The notes beneath the pieces are model-generated. The model was given only the letters and a program-made list of their open reading frames with translations, was not told where the DNA came from and did no database searches. Shown piece after piece: positions 35,926 through 49,904 of a stretch of 64,000 bases of DNA; the stretch's first letter is position 1; each line of letters opens with the position of its first letter. The stretch is from Haliotis cracherodii (taxonomy: Eukaryota), in contig NW_027266297.1 of assembly GCF_022045235.1 (NCBI RefSeq), positions 6,014,001-6,078,000 on the forward strand, in the 5' to 3' direction. Position numbers and translations under genes: made by a program.

Positions 35926-38900
35926 ATTCTTATTCCGACAATACATACATAATTACGGTTCGCACTTTGTCGTGCATGTGTTGGAAGGTACAGACAATGC
36001 CATATGCTTTAGCACGGACGCACAGTGGGGAATTGGTGTGATTCGCCCCTTTCCATACAATATAGTTTGACACTTATTTCCCAATTTAGAGTTGACGGGA
36101 AATATATGTATTTACAACCATAGGATTAACCACATAGGAATAAAACACATTCTTGTAGATATGTTGTGACATCCCCATCAATTTCCTTCTTGGTAGGGTA
36201 AGTGTCTTTAAGGAGGCACACATATATAGACTTGAGACATGGCGGGTCTGACAACACTAACAGTTTGTCTGATGACTTAATGACCCCCTAGTGGCCGTGT
36301 CGTCTCATCTTTGAGGAAACCATCATGTCACAGGATATTAATCAGTGCTTGTCGTTCCAGACGTCGTCACAAGACTGCCATTACAACGTCAAATGAACAA
36401 TTACACTCTCAGATTGGCCGTCAGACGAACTAGGGGTCGTTTCGTATAGTTTGTGTATATTCATAACGGGAATCGTACTTTAAATGACGGTTTATTACGT
36501 GAACGTAAAGTTCCGATTTCGTTTTGAGATGCCCCCTGGAGTCGTGTTAAACGTCTCTTTTTCTCACCAGTCATGCATTAGGGTCGGGGACATCCTGATA
36601 ACCGACACTTATACCGCGTGATAGATGATTTGGCGGAGGAGACATTGTATATGAGGAGAAATAATGTCCATTTTTAAACATTAAATGACAACTGTTTGTT
36701 AGAGCTGTATGGACATTTTAGCAAAAACACATTTGAAGGGCAAATACGGGTATGGAGATGCGAAGGCATTTCCACAAACGATTCATGTTTTATGTGGAAT
36801 AATTCAAATTTACGACGGCTATGTTAAGGATTTTGAATCAAATTACAGGGATAATTAAAGAATGCATGAAGGTTCATTCCTGTGTGGGACAATTTATCTC
36901 TTCTCTTTCTGGCAAAGGCAGATTGTTCAGCGCCTTCTCGTGTGATTTGAGCATTTAAAGACGCCTTATTTCATCAATACGCAACAAGAATTATGTCCTG
37001 TTTGGCCTTTCATATTTTGTTCTGATTTGGGTGTATGGCTTCGTTCGGATGTCTTTGACCATCTCTGCGAGTGGCATTCAAAGAAATAGTCGATATTTTC
37101 AATTACGTGGCGTAGAAATTAAGTTTTGACATGCAACACAGATTCAAAGAGCGAGGAGAAAGGACATTATTTTTCAAAAACCAGTTCAAAAAGAGGAAGA
37201 AGTGTGCACCAAAAAAGGACTGTGTTATCGCTTGCATGGCTGGTGTCTTAAGTCGGGATTAAGGGAGGAACACTTTGAAGGCTTGAGCTCCGATCAGTTC
37301 GGCTTTCATCCTGTGAGATCGGGCGAGGATACGGCCTGGTAGATTAATTAGAATATGTTGACGGGGATGCAAGGGTGAAGAAAGATGACACTGGTAGGCT
37401 TCTAACACCGAACATCACCAGGTGCTTCAGAGACTATGCCTCAAAGCCTTCATCTGCTCGAAGAATTGCAGGTCAATTGCGTTATTTACGAGCTCGATAT
37501 CAGATTTTCTGGCTGGTGAACAGATGTCAAAATCGGTAGAATCCCTCTGGAGATGACAAAATAATTAGCATGTACTCCCAAACGTCTGCTGGAGCCAAAT
37601 CCCAGCCATCACAGAACTCAACACTTCCTCTGTATCAAAAGACGTCGACCATCCTCGATCGGGGTCTGCAATTATTTGATGCGTTTGATGAAATTTGACG
37701 GCCGATGGCATGGGGCTGATACAGGTGACAAGGACCACCGACTGCAGGATATACGACGAGCCAGGCAAATAGTCGGCTTCCTCTGCTGAGAAAGAACTTT
37801 TCGAAAAGACGCACTCTTCAGATCGGAGGACGTGTTTTGAGAAGGATAACCCAGACCCTCTTCCGCTGTTCTTCCACCAGCGCGGAGTGTAAGCCGGTTT
37901 TTACCACTTACAATGCCATTCACAGGCCGAAATAATTCATAATTACCAGATAGAATGTCCGACAAACCCAGGCTAATTTCATGGGCAAAGTACTGCGGAA
38001 ATGACAGGGTTTTTTGTTGATGGGAGAAGCAGAGGTCTCTTTCTGAGACAAGACAATCAATAAGCTGACATTCAGTCCACAAGAAAGCTCATCTTTCAAG
38101 AAAATAACGGATTTATTTGTTCTCGAAGCTCATCCTCTGTCCTTCCACCCCCTAAACATTTCTAAACGGAGCCCGTCTTTCGCAAACATTAAGAAGGCGA
38201 TTATAGGATTTTTAATGTGACTTTGATTTGTGTTTTATCAGATCCATTGTGTCTTTTTCTAACCTGACTGTATGTTATTAATTCATCTGATAATCGACGG
38301 GACTGAAGTTAGAAGAAATAATATTATCCATGTGTTTTTGAATTGAATCTGTTTTATGTGAAACGCAACTAAAACTAATCTATATTTTGTCAGATAATAC
38401 GCGCGGTTACCATGGAGATTGGCAAGTTAGTATTTTGTCCTGACAAAATAGAATCGTATTTATGAATTCCTTTGAATACAACAGTCCAAATGATGTACAC
38501 AGTTTTGGTAAAGTTAATGACGTCATTTGATTGTGAAAAAATAAGATACTCTTTATATCGTTTTACGTTAGGTTGTCATAGCAAAATGTTCCGGCTGTCG
38601 ATATTCCATTCTAGAGTTAATAATGTTGATTCCAGAAACACACACAGGTCGGTCGGAGAATGTAGGTTTTAAGTGCATGAATCACGGGTCGTGACGTCTA
38701 GAGTCATTTTATTACAGTTGATAAAGTTTTGCGAAGTAATTACGACGAAATGTTGCTCTGACTTACATGAGGAGTCAAGGCCTGTTTGAAGCTATCCAGT
38801 GGGACAGACGTACGACTACAATGCATGTCGGGTAATCGTACGTCATCACCCTACGACGTAACCTCCTGACGTACTCTTCCTCTATATAACGTCAATAGAG

Positions 38901-39479
38901 AATCTTCGACTCGAAACCTAACTTTGAATATATTTTCCCTGCTATTTTTCACTTACAATCAACCTAAATACATTCCATTGCCTCATGGTGACGGGCCAGT
39001 GGAAGATACAGTTTGACAGAATGACAAATCTCTAACAACACGAGATCCCGGGATAATTCATGGCGTCGAACGTTTCTGCTTCCAAACGCAAGATGTCAAA
39101 GCCTAACAAAAGCTTTTTGTGGTAAATGTAAATTTCAGAAAACCGGACACATGACGACAGCATAAAAGCTTAGGGTTATCAGTCACTGTAGAACATAAGA
39201 TTAAGACAGCATGGTTGGGATTAAACTGTCATAAATGAAGCCTCAACGCCAACGATGCAAAGTGGGAGTAAAGGCATCTGTTGGAACAGCCTAATGGTTA
39301 AATGTGTGGGGCTAAGTATGTTTCCTACCCTGGTTTAAACAGAGCTAAGCGGGATGGTGGAATATGATTATGGAGTTTATACTTTTTTTAAAGGATGTAA
39401 ACTATCCAGGCCTAAATAAGCTGCTGTTATCTTTTAAATTAGGCGATTCTTTTAGATTTAAATAGTAATCATTTGGGAA

Positions 39480-39690
39480 GCAGATCGTATGTCTTTATAA
39501 AAGAAGGATCGTTACTTATTCCAGACCTTCTATTTCTATCAAAGAAGGATCGTTACCCATGGCGGAAAAGAGTCACCTTATTCCAGACCTCTATTTTTAT
39601 CAAAGAAGGATCGTTTCGCATTGAGAAAAACACACTTTATTCCAGACCTAATGTCTAATAACAGAAGGGACGTTACCTATTAGAACAAAG
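39480..39690. repeat. Degenerate ~60-bp tandem repeat
   Basis: aaagaaggatcgtt...ttattccagacct repeated 3-4 times. Confidence 0.7.
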
Positions 39691-39846
39691 CACCATCAAG
39701 TCCCAAACTACAACGACATCAACAGATGACATGTATCTCGATCTTATCAGCAATGTCATTCTATCGTTCCTTATTTAATCAAACAGTTGGTTCAAACCCC
39801 ATTGGCATTAGCAAACCAACATATCGCAACCTCCAATAAAACAGCG

Positions 39847-40113
39847 CCGTGAAGATCCGGGTTAGAATAGCTATTCAACAACCAATGCTTGTCGTAAGAG
39901 CCAACTATGCTTGTCGTAAGAGGCGACTAACGGAATCGGGGGGTCAGTCTCACTGACTTGGTTGAAGCATGTTATCGTATCCCAATTGCGTGGATCGACG
40001 CTCATGATATCAACCACTGGCTTGTCTGGTCCAGACTCGATTAATTACAGACAAGCGTCATATAGATGGAATATTGCTGAGTGTGGCGTTAAACAAAAAA
40101 ACAAACAAAAAAA
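39847..40113 (+). mobile_element. SINE family A, near full length
   Basis: ccgtgaagatccgggttagaata head, doubled atgcttgtcgtaagag module, A-rich tail. Confidence 0.9.
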
Positions 40114-41064
40114 CATGTCGCGACCCTTAATGAAACAGTTGCTGCACACGGGCTGCAAATTACGTCCACTATGTCGCCAGCCACCCTTGATGCCAACGCT
40201 ACACATCCCCCCCCCCCCCCCCCCCCCGCGTATTCACTACAAAGCTGTAGGTCCCGACCCCCTTTCGCGCCAGTAGTGTTACATTGATTTGCTGTCAAAG
40301 TCCGCCACATCTGTCCCCACATCGATTGCCTCCTCCCCACAGCGTCCCCCAGGGATACCTAATTGTGTAACCCACGTCGAGATCTCTAAGTGCCCACATT
40401 TTCTTCACAAATCTGGCAGAAAAGGCCTCAATTAGTTCTAGTGGTTTTCGTGTGTGTAGCGAAGGGGCAGTTGGCGTCAGCTATTTACTGAATCACCTGA
40501 CAATTTACACATGGCATCAAGACGTCCAGTGACCACCTCACCAGAGACTGAATCAACACGTCCAACGAGATGCAACATTCTCAAAAGTTAACAGCTTAAT
40601 TTTAACAGAAGCCAACTTTCACTGACCATTGTCCCACGGGAAGGTATGCAGCCGCTATATAAAGCCATTCCCGGTGTCCTCAATATGTAACATGACTAGG
40701 ATATTGTCATTATGCACTTACTCAAACTATCAACAAATTAAAAAATAACTAATAAAAGATTACATGACGAAATGAAGAAAACTCATTGACCCATTTATTC
40801 ATTTACCCAGTTTAGGTGTAAAAAAACTATTTAAAACTATCTAAGGTTTACGTTTTGTTTTTAGAGATTTAATCCTTCATGACCAGGGCCATAGCACATG
40901 GAAAGAGATGATTTTTAAAAAAAAACTCCATTTAAACTTTCAGGAATTATCAACGTGGCATTTATCTTTCTTTTTTTTAAATAATCGTTTTAATTTATTC
41001 ATATCATATTTCACGAGCACTTAAATCGTCAGATAATTTTGGCACAAGAGAGGAATGAGACAGT

Positions 41065-41095
<31 letters not shown>

Positions 41096-42382
41096 TGACA
41101 CCGGGGATGTGGGTTAGGAGGATAACGGTAGTGGTGGAATAGCCCCTTTTGGAATGGTAACATGTGATGGCAGTGTTCGTCATTGTGAAATACAGCCCCG
41201 ATTATCCAGAGTGACCAGAGACTGTCCAATTGTGACTGTATAAATGACATGTCCGCTACAATTGGTCAGCTGAGACCAAAGCAGCCTTAACACAGCCGAC
41301 GTTAACTGTTGCCAGAGAGACGAGGTGAGAAACGGTCTTCCTAAATGGATGTAATCTGATCAAAGATGCTTTTTCTCAGCGTGAGTCATGCTCAAATTCG
41401 TCAAAATTGCCAATCTTGGGATCAGAAGGCATGTTCCATTGGTTTCACACGTAATCAAGCGTTAGACACCGGTGTCCGACAGTCCATCAACCAGTGTCGG
41501 AGGCGACACGCGGCCCCTGCCGGTGCTCGAAAAGAAGGTCAACGTCACTACAAGTTACACTAAATCATACAGAAAGATAAAATCTCCGATGAAATAACTC
41601 ATAAGATTGGTTGTATTACTTGAAAAAGACCTTATTTGAATTATTTTGCAATAAAGTCTTCTGCTGGAGAATTTATCACCGGGGTATTATCATAAAGAAA
41701 ATTTCCCGATGGGATACAGAAGGACCTTGTGAATGCGTGTGCATAATGGCTGTTCAATACACATTTAGCAACAAGCGATCAATGCCACCAGAAGCAACGC
41801 AACAATCACATCTTTCCTCTACATGGCGCGTTTTGCGGATTCCCTGTCAGAAACACAAAGGGGTCAAATTAGGATGCTGTGTGGGGCATCTTATTGATAT
41901 AAGACAGTCCTTTTATCATTGTCTCTTGCTATCTGTATCAGGTTGCGTCGATAGTGCTGAGATGTTATCAAAGAAAGATGAAAGGCGAGCATTAAAAGCA
42001 CTTTTCATCGACTATTTCCATTAGGCCTGATGAATAATGCGTCGTGTGTTGCATGTAAGGCCGTTTCAGTAGTCAATGCAGCAAACGCTTCAATTAGTTT
42101 TCAAATAGTGTACTTCAGGTTTAAAAAAATATATTCAATCTGAAAATAGATGATTAAATGTAGCGATAAGATATAGGTTTCTCTTTCATGTTGTCAGCGT
42201 AGATGTGGGAATCCTCAGCTTGAGCGAATGTTCAACACCTACGCATGAGTCTAAACAGACGCCCTGAGTGTAATCAGTATTTTGTGTAATACCTTGATTA
42301 CTTCCCTTGGAATGTCGGGTTATGTCGAGAGTTAAGGGACATACGAATTCAAGAGGACAACATCATTCATGCTAGCCTTAGA

Positions 42383-42537
42383 ATGAGTTGTATTTCACGC
42401 CGCTTTAAGCAATATTCCAGCAATATCACGACGGGAGACATCAGAAATGGGCTCCACACATTGTACTCATTTTGGGAATCGAACCCAGGTCTTACGTGAC
42501 GAGCGAACGCTTTAACCACTAGGCTACCCCGAAGATC
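42383..42537 (-). mobile_element. SINE family B with 13-bp TSD
   Basis: TSD tgctagccttaga at 42370-42382 and 42538-42550. Confidence 0.92.
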
Positions 42538-43450
42538 TGCTAGCCTTAGACACAAGACGTTATCAAATCGATATTACCAGCGTCTATATCAGATCGCTAT
42601 ACCTATTTGTCCTGATTGTACCGCACCAAGTGAAATCGGTTTAACCAGTTTCCGGATGTACAAATAATTGGTGAATACAGTTAGAGACGGAGTTTCCGGA
42701 TTAACGGGGTCGTGGTTCTGGGCTATGCCAGCCGATATCTTGTTCCAACTTTTGAAGATTTGGAGGTCTAAAATTAGCGTCAGTGCGTTTATACCGTAAA
42801 TAAAGTAACAGATCACTATATGCTTTTTCAACAAGTGAAAGACATTGTGTAATGCTTGATTTTCACGCATAATTCAAATGTAAAAGGCCCATCGCCCTGG
42901 TTGACACATTTGCATTTCACGAAATTTAGGTAAAGACATGGTCTGAATAGGGTTAGTTTAGTCCTACTTGAATTGCAAAAGTTTAAAGTTAGCGAACGAT
43001 TGCTCCTAAAGCACCTAAAGTAGCTTCTTATTCATGAACGTTTAGCCACACAGCTGTGCCTAATGTTGTTTTAAGTCAAACTTTGCGATTGTTAAAAGAA
43101 AGAAATCTAACTGTTAATTATATGAACATTTTTTTCACTTTTATTGTTTTGTTTTCCGAAAGTTTGGCAATTCATTTGAGCCCGAATGCTTGATCTACCC
43201 ACAGGGGCTCGTACGTCAGGGACATAACATTGAGAAGTAATATTTGTACTTTTAACTGATTATTTAAGTGAGGCCTCGTTTTTTTTATTCCTTGCACTGC
43301 GGTAATTAACAGGGTGGTTTCATAACACCACATTGACAATTCTTCTTCTTTCATTGCATTAAACTTTCACTCGAGTTATTCAGGTTCACTGTGCCATGCG
43401 GGAGGGTGACTGTTATACAATGGCCATAGTATAGTCGGAAGACAATGTGT

Positions 43451-45125
43451 ACCGTGAGACCAGTTGTTACATGACCGTGAGACCAGTTGTGACATGACCG
43501 CGAGACCAGTTGTTACATGGCCGTGAGACCAGTTGTGACATGATCGTGAGACCAGTTGTGACATGACCGCGAGACCAGTTGTTATATGACCGCGAGACCA
43601 GTTGTGACATGACCGCGAGACCAGTTGTGACATGACCGTGAGACCAGTTGTTACATGACCGTGAGACCAGTTGTTACATGACCGTAGGACTTGTTACGTG
43701 ACCGTGAGACCAGCTGTGACATGACCGTGAGACCAGTTGTTACATGACCGTGAGACTAGTTGTTACATGACCGTGAGACTAGTTGTTACATGACCGTGAT
43801 ACCAGCTGTGACATGACCGTGAGACTAGTTGTTACATGGCCGTGAGACCAGCTGTGACATGACAGTAGGACCTGTTACGTGACCGTGAGAACAGTTGTTA
43901 CATGACCGTGAGACCAGTTGTTACATGACCGCGAGATCGGTTGTTACATGACCGTGAGACCAGTTGTTACATGACCGCGAGACCAGTTGTTACATGACCG
44001 CGAGATCGGTTGTTACATGACCGCGAGATCGGTTGTTACATGACCGTGAAACCAGCTGTGACATGACCGTACGACTTGTTTCGTGACCGTGAGAACAGTT
44101 GTTACATGACCGTGAGAACAGTTGTTACATGACCGTGAGAACAGTTGTTACATGACCGTGAGACCAGTTGTTACATGACCGTGAGACCAGTTGTGACATG
44201 ACCGTGGGACTTAATACATGATCGTGAGACCAGTTGTTACATGACCGTGAGAACAGTTGTTACATGACCGTGAGAACAGTTGTTACATGACCGTGAGACC
44301 AGTTGTTACATGACCGCGAGACCAGTTGTTACATGACCGCGAGATCGGTTGTTACATGACCGCGAGATCGGTTGTTACATGACCGTGAAACCAGCTGTGA
44401 CATGACCGTACGACTTGTTTCGTGACCGTGAGAACAGTTGTTACATGACCGTGAGAACAGTTGTTACATGACCGTGAGAACAGTTGTTACATGACCGTGA
44501 GACCAGTTGTTACATGACCGTGAGACCAGTTGTGACATGACCGTGGGACTTAATACATGATCGTGAGACCAGTTGTTACATGACCGTGAGAACAGTTGTT
44601 ACATGACCGTGAGACCAGTTGTTACATGACCGCGAGACCAGTTGTTACATGACCGCGAGATCGGTTGTTACATGACCGCGAGATCGGTTGTTACATGACC
44701 GTGAGACCAGCTGTGACATGACCGTACGACTTGTTTCGTGACCGTGAGAACAGTTGTTACATGACCGTGAGAACAGTTGTTACATGACCGTGAGAACAGT
44801 TGTTACATGACCGTGAGACCAGTTGTTACATGACCGTAGGACATGTTACGTGACCGCGAGACCAGTTGTTACATGACCGTGAGACCAGTTGTTACATGAC
44901 CGCGAGATCGGTTGTTACATGACCGCGAGATCGGTTGTTACATGACCGTGAGACCAGCTGTGACATGACCGTACGACTTGTTTCGTGACCGTGAGAACAG
45001 TTGTTACATGACCGTGAGAACAGTTGTTACATGACCGTGAGAACAGTTGTTACATGACCGTGAGACCAGTTGTTACATGACAGTGGGACTTGTTACATGA
45101 CCTTCAGGCTAGTTGTTATATGACC
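43451..45125. repeat. 23-bp satellite, about 73 copies, with higher-order blocks
   Basis: Unit accgtgagaccagttgttacatg. Confidence 0.97.
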
Positions 45126-45291
45126 ATGAGATAAGTTCTATATGATCATTATCCAGATATGATGGGTGATTCTCGAGAGCATTTTCACATTTGCAATAGT
45201 ATCGCTATTTTCCTGTTTGTTTCAAAACCACCCAACGTATTTGCATATTTCCTTAATTCAGCAGATTCCTGGAGAATTTGTCAAGTAGTAA

Positions 45292-45507
45292 GAGTGAGTG
45301 AGTTTGGATTAATGCCGCCTTTAACAGTATTCCAGTAATATCACGGCGTGTCAGCTTAATGTGGGAGAAAAATCCCGACGTGATGCAGGTCTCAGACATT
45401 TACCGCTTCGGTGAAACCCACGAGCACGGGTATGGAACTGATAAACTTAGAAACGTAATCGGGGCGAACCGGGACCGGGACTCGAACCCACAATCATAGG
45501 TTTCTTG
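45292..45507 (-). mobile_element. SINE family C (5' truncated)
   Basis: gagtgagtgag tail and gaaacccacgagcacgggtatgg core. Confidence 0.85.
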
Positions 45508-45532
45508 CGAACACCCGTACTACCCGCCCCCT

Positions 45533-45563
<31 letters not shown>

Positions 45564-47803
45564 ACCACCACCACCACACACACACACATACACACTCCGC
45601 CAGGGGAGTAAAAGGTAACAATAATGAGAATACAATATCATGAACGCTTTCTGACATATACCTACATGCTATTTAAAGGTATATTTTTATATGAAAACAA
45701 ATGGAAAGTGCTAACGATTAACAATGGTGTTCTTATTTTCTTACGCCTTTCGTTACAATGATATAACAGCGCCGCAGCGATATTAACTATTGATACATTG
45801 ATATGTCATTGATGTACTGACATAGATGATAGCGATGCATTCATGCTTCGATCAAAAGTTACATCCCTAGGTATATACAGCTATGGACAACTTGTTGTAT
45901 GACAGCGAGCGAATCTTCCGCTAGTTATCGTGGCTCTACATAGACCAAAGTCAGACATGTCTTCAAGATACAGCAATAGTGCGCTACCTTCACACTATAT
46001 TCATCTGAATAGCCACGAGACAAGATTATGCTTAACGACAAGTTGCTAACATGATTAACGCTCTTTTGTTTCTTGTCGTGTTCGTGGTCAACGGGGCAAT
46101 CTCAACTATCGTGACAGACGCAGCTGAGTCATTGCTCTGTAATGGCATCTAGTCATAGTAATGTCCCCCTCCTTCGCAATACGTCGCCGACAATTTGCGT
46201 TTCACTCATCGAGGGATTCATAATTAATTTTTCTGTAGAATATTCAATTATGAAATGATATGGACATCATTTGAAGTCTGAGATTTGTGTAGTGCCGCTA
46301 ATACGATCAGCGATCTGTGCTATTCCGCGCTGCTAGTCGGGTAATCGGACGTCGGCGGAATGTTGCACAGCATTAGACTCAACTGTTGATGGCGGCAGCT
46401 GTAGAAGAACTTTATTACATGCTCTAATTTTCAATAACTGTCACGTCTCATCTTCATACAACGAACTAGGGTTTAAATTGGTGTGATAGGGATATCCTAA
46501 TATTTGCGGATGGCAATCCCTTTGTTCCTCAGTGTTCTTTATTGAAACTTGAATTGTCGAAACATCGAGCTGGACAAAACGCATAGAAAAGTTGATGTTG
46601 AGAAAAAACAGACAAAAAGAGGAATTATAAGGATGAATGTGGAATGGACTGCGAGATTTATAATTGAAAGAAAGATAGAAAATGTAACATTTAAAGTATA
46701 TTTACGTAGTTAACTGTGAATATAATTTAGACGAAATTATCACATGCATGATTTAATACCATGAGCATGTTCCAGTGGATATAAATAATCATCATCTGGA
46801 GTTTAAATGATAAATGAAGACAGGTCGGTCGGTTACATGCGTCTTAAATCAACAACTAATAGCAAAACAAACCGTAATTACAGTCATTGAGTATAAACCA
46901 GAACGGCGTTAATTTGGTTGCAAAAACTTCATGTTGTATACCATGTGTTTCGGAGCGCGTAATGGATGGACACCTCGTCCCTGGGTAACGGCTCCGTATT
47001 TGTTGCAGAGAGAACCGTTTGATCTTGGGTGCCGATGTCGACCCCCACACAGTCCTCCGTCCCCAACTCCGTCACTTTAGCGAGGCCCGCTGCCCAATTC
47101 TGTAGCCTTCTCTAAACAATTGAGTCAAACGTCCTACATGTTTCAATTTAGGCCCTGATTTTACCCTGAAAGACATCAATCTTAGGCCAGAAAACTCTAT
47201 CAAATCGCATGATATAGCTGTTTTACTTGTTAATGTAATCACCTCCCTCACACGTAACGAATTAGGAGAAGAGTTTTTTTCCTTGGCGTATTGATTTTGC
47301 TGAGTGAAGTAGCCTCGTATCCTTCCGCAGGTCCGGGACATTATATAAACGTGGAAATCCACACCACGCTGGCCACTGTCGCCGACAAGGAGAAATAAAT
47401 TGAAAAATACCAATTCTTGAAAGAATGTTGATTTTCCTGAAACGATTGTGTCGGCAGTAAAATAAATCTTTGTTTTTAATCCTTTAGTGCAGCTACTGGA
47501 ATGTTGTTTTCATGAAAGAGGATGTTTTGCTTTTGTGGAATGAAATTAGGCGGAGTAACAAAGTGAGTTGTAATGAACTGCTCCGTACTTTTTTGGGCGA
47601 TAATGTCAGCCAGTGAGTACACATAGACTGGGCACATGATGTAACGCACTTGGTAACACTACGTGTTTGTGATTTACGCGTTATATGCGCAACCTTACAA
47701 CACTGAGTCCGTCCATGGCTTCATTCAATTGAGTGAAATGTCCTCGGCATATAAAACATATCTGATTGATGGTCGTGACTGGATGAATGGTGTTTTGCGA
47801 CGC

Positions 47804-48037
47804 TTTGCTTGTTTGTTGTTTAACGCCACACTCAGCAATATTCCAGCTATATGACGGCGGTCTGTAAATAATCGAGTCTGGACCTGTGATTGACATCATG
47901 AGCATCGATCCACGCAACTGGCATACAATGACATGCATCAGCCAAGTCAGCGAGCCTGACCACCCGATCCCGTTAGTCGCCGCTTGCGACAAGCATGGGT
48001 TGCTGAAGACTTATTCGTACCCGGATCTTCAGGGGTC
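47804..48037 (-). mobile_element. SINE family A, full length, with 12-bp TSD
   Basis: TSD gttttgcgacgc at 47792-47803 and 48038-48049; 5' end GACCCCTGAAGATCC. Confidence 0.92.
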
Positions 48038-48169
48038 GTTTTGCGACGCAGTCAGCGATATTACAGCCACATCCTGGCGACGTGAAAGTGAAGAAATCTG
48101 TCCAGGCAGTCACACATTATGACCACTCTCATGTCCCCAACCGGGACAGGTCGGCGTTACGCATAAGAC

Positions 48170-48562
48170 TATAGATCCAAGCAACCCATGCTTGTCCTAA
48201 AAGGAGGCCATTTTTGGTGACTTGGTTCATTGTATGTCGTCGCATCCCATTTTCGTGGATCGATGCTCATGATGTCCATCACTGTGTGGGATAAATCTTT
48301 GTAACAAGTACCATATTTAACGTCGTTTGGTTTGACGTACGCGGCTGGGGATCGACGCTCTACCACTAGACCACGGAGCCGGTCCCCGCGAAGATTAATT
48401 TTTTTTATAGTTTTTCATGTGCAAAATTTCGTACGTGAGAGTATGTGTAATATCTTGTGCACAGTACCTGAAGTTTGTCTTGGTGTGTTGTTTGTTTGTT
48501 GTTTGTTTGTTGTTTAACGCCGCACTCAGCAATATTCCAACTATGTGACGGCGGTCTGTAAC
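48170..48562. mobile_element. Cluster of SINE fragments: A (+, ~48170-48285), D (-, ~48305-48385), A tail (-, ~48484-48562)
   Basis: Local similarity to full-length copies in this window. Confidence 0.7.
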
Positions 48563-48971
48563 TAAAGCGGTCAGCTTTGACTTATGGCTATGATTACTTT
48601 CTCAACAAGGTATATTTTTAGAGTTGATATGCTCTGAGGATATAGCGCGGTGGCGTTGCAAATCCCCGGGAGGTACCTACTCTAACGTAATAATAACAAA
48701 CTTTTATATTACATTTCATAAGCCACTGGGAAGGAATCTGGCGTTATCTACTACCTTAAATGCCAAGGACGGAAAAAGCCTCGAGGTACATTCAAGAAGT
48801 AATGGCTTCTGAAACAAACTCGATAAAATTTTATGCGTCATAATAAAACCTTCAACTCGCCATTTGGAGTGGCGAGTCATCTCCCCTTCGGAAGCGATAA
48901 TCCGTAACTCATCGAAGCTGGTACGTACGTCATTATTGAAATGTACATAAGGGGATACGCCCTGTCCATTG

Positions 48972-49309
48972 ATGTGAGGTGAGGTGAGGTAAGGTGAAAT
49001 GGGGTTTAACGTCGACGTGCATGCACATGTGTGTATGTGTGGCTGCATGTACTGGTCCGGACTGATGCCGATTTTATAGTGCTACCTCACTGAGATACCA
49101 TTCCGCAGTTAACATGAATACGCTACTCAGACACAGTATACTGACTCCGAGCCGACTAGTCCTTGTTTTAGCCCCTCAATGCCGAGCGCCAGGCAGGGTA
49201 ACAGCAAGTACCATCTTTTAATGTCGCTTAGTTTGACGCGGCTGGGGATCGAACCCCGGACCTTCTGCTATCCGGGCGGACGCTCTACCACTAGACCACG
49301 GAGGCGGTC
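48972..49309 (-). mobile_element. SINE family D, full length
   Basis: tRNA head (ggggatcgaacc; ctctaccactagacc), core gccgagcgccaggcagggtaacagcaagtacc, (GAGGT)n end. Confidence 0.9.
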
Positions 49310-49489
49310 CCCACGAAGGTCAATACATAGTCACAACATGTCGTTCATGATGCTGCCGACAAAAATCAATACCCGGGTACTCAAAAAACCTCATCATGAT
49401 CAAGAGTACAGCAGTTTGGGATTTACCTTAAGAAAGCAATGCGGTCCGGTGTGTGATAGCAAGGCACAGGTATTATCGATAGAGTTGTG

Positions 49490-49760
49490 AGAGTGAATGA
49501 GTGGCTACCCCCCCCCCCCCCACCCCCCCCCCCCCCCCCCCCCCTTTGAACAGTATTTCAGTTACATCACAGCATGCCAGCTTAACGTGGGAGGTAAGCT
49601 CGAAGTGATAGAGGTCTAACACGTTTTGAACTGGTAAAACCAACCCACGAGCAAATAAACGGTGCTGACAGACATGAACACATAATCAGGGCGACTATAG
49701 GTGTCTGGTACGTCAAAGGGACGCAACTCTGCACAGGGAATTGCGCGCTATGGCCGGCAG
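49490..49760 (-). mobile_element. SINE family C (diverged) with a poly-C expansion in its tail
   Basis: cagcttaacgtgggagg, acccacgagca, gggacgcaactctgcacag. Confidence 0.7.
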
Positions 49761-49904
49761 GGCGACACGTGACCCCATGTCACTATAGAGAGCGGGTTCG
49801 ATTCCCCGTGTAGGTAGGTACACCAACTGTTGGTCCAGCAGTCTCCCCAATGACGGTGTAAACCCTGATTCTACAAAATGAGCTTTTTGTGTATGTACAG
49901 ACCT

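Noticed and set aside
45535-45563. Long poly-C/poly-G runs (also 40206, 41079, 49508, 61741)
   Set aside because: Simple homopolymers of uncertain assembled length, with no further structure.
47990-48037. Hammerhead ribozyme in SINE A (CTGAAGA on the antisense strand)
   Set aside because: No correctly placed GAAA after a stem II, and it is on the strand opposite the element's orientation.
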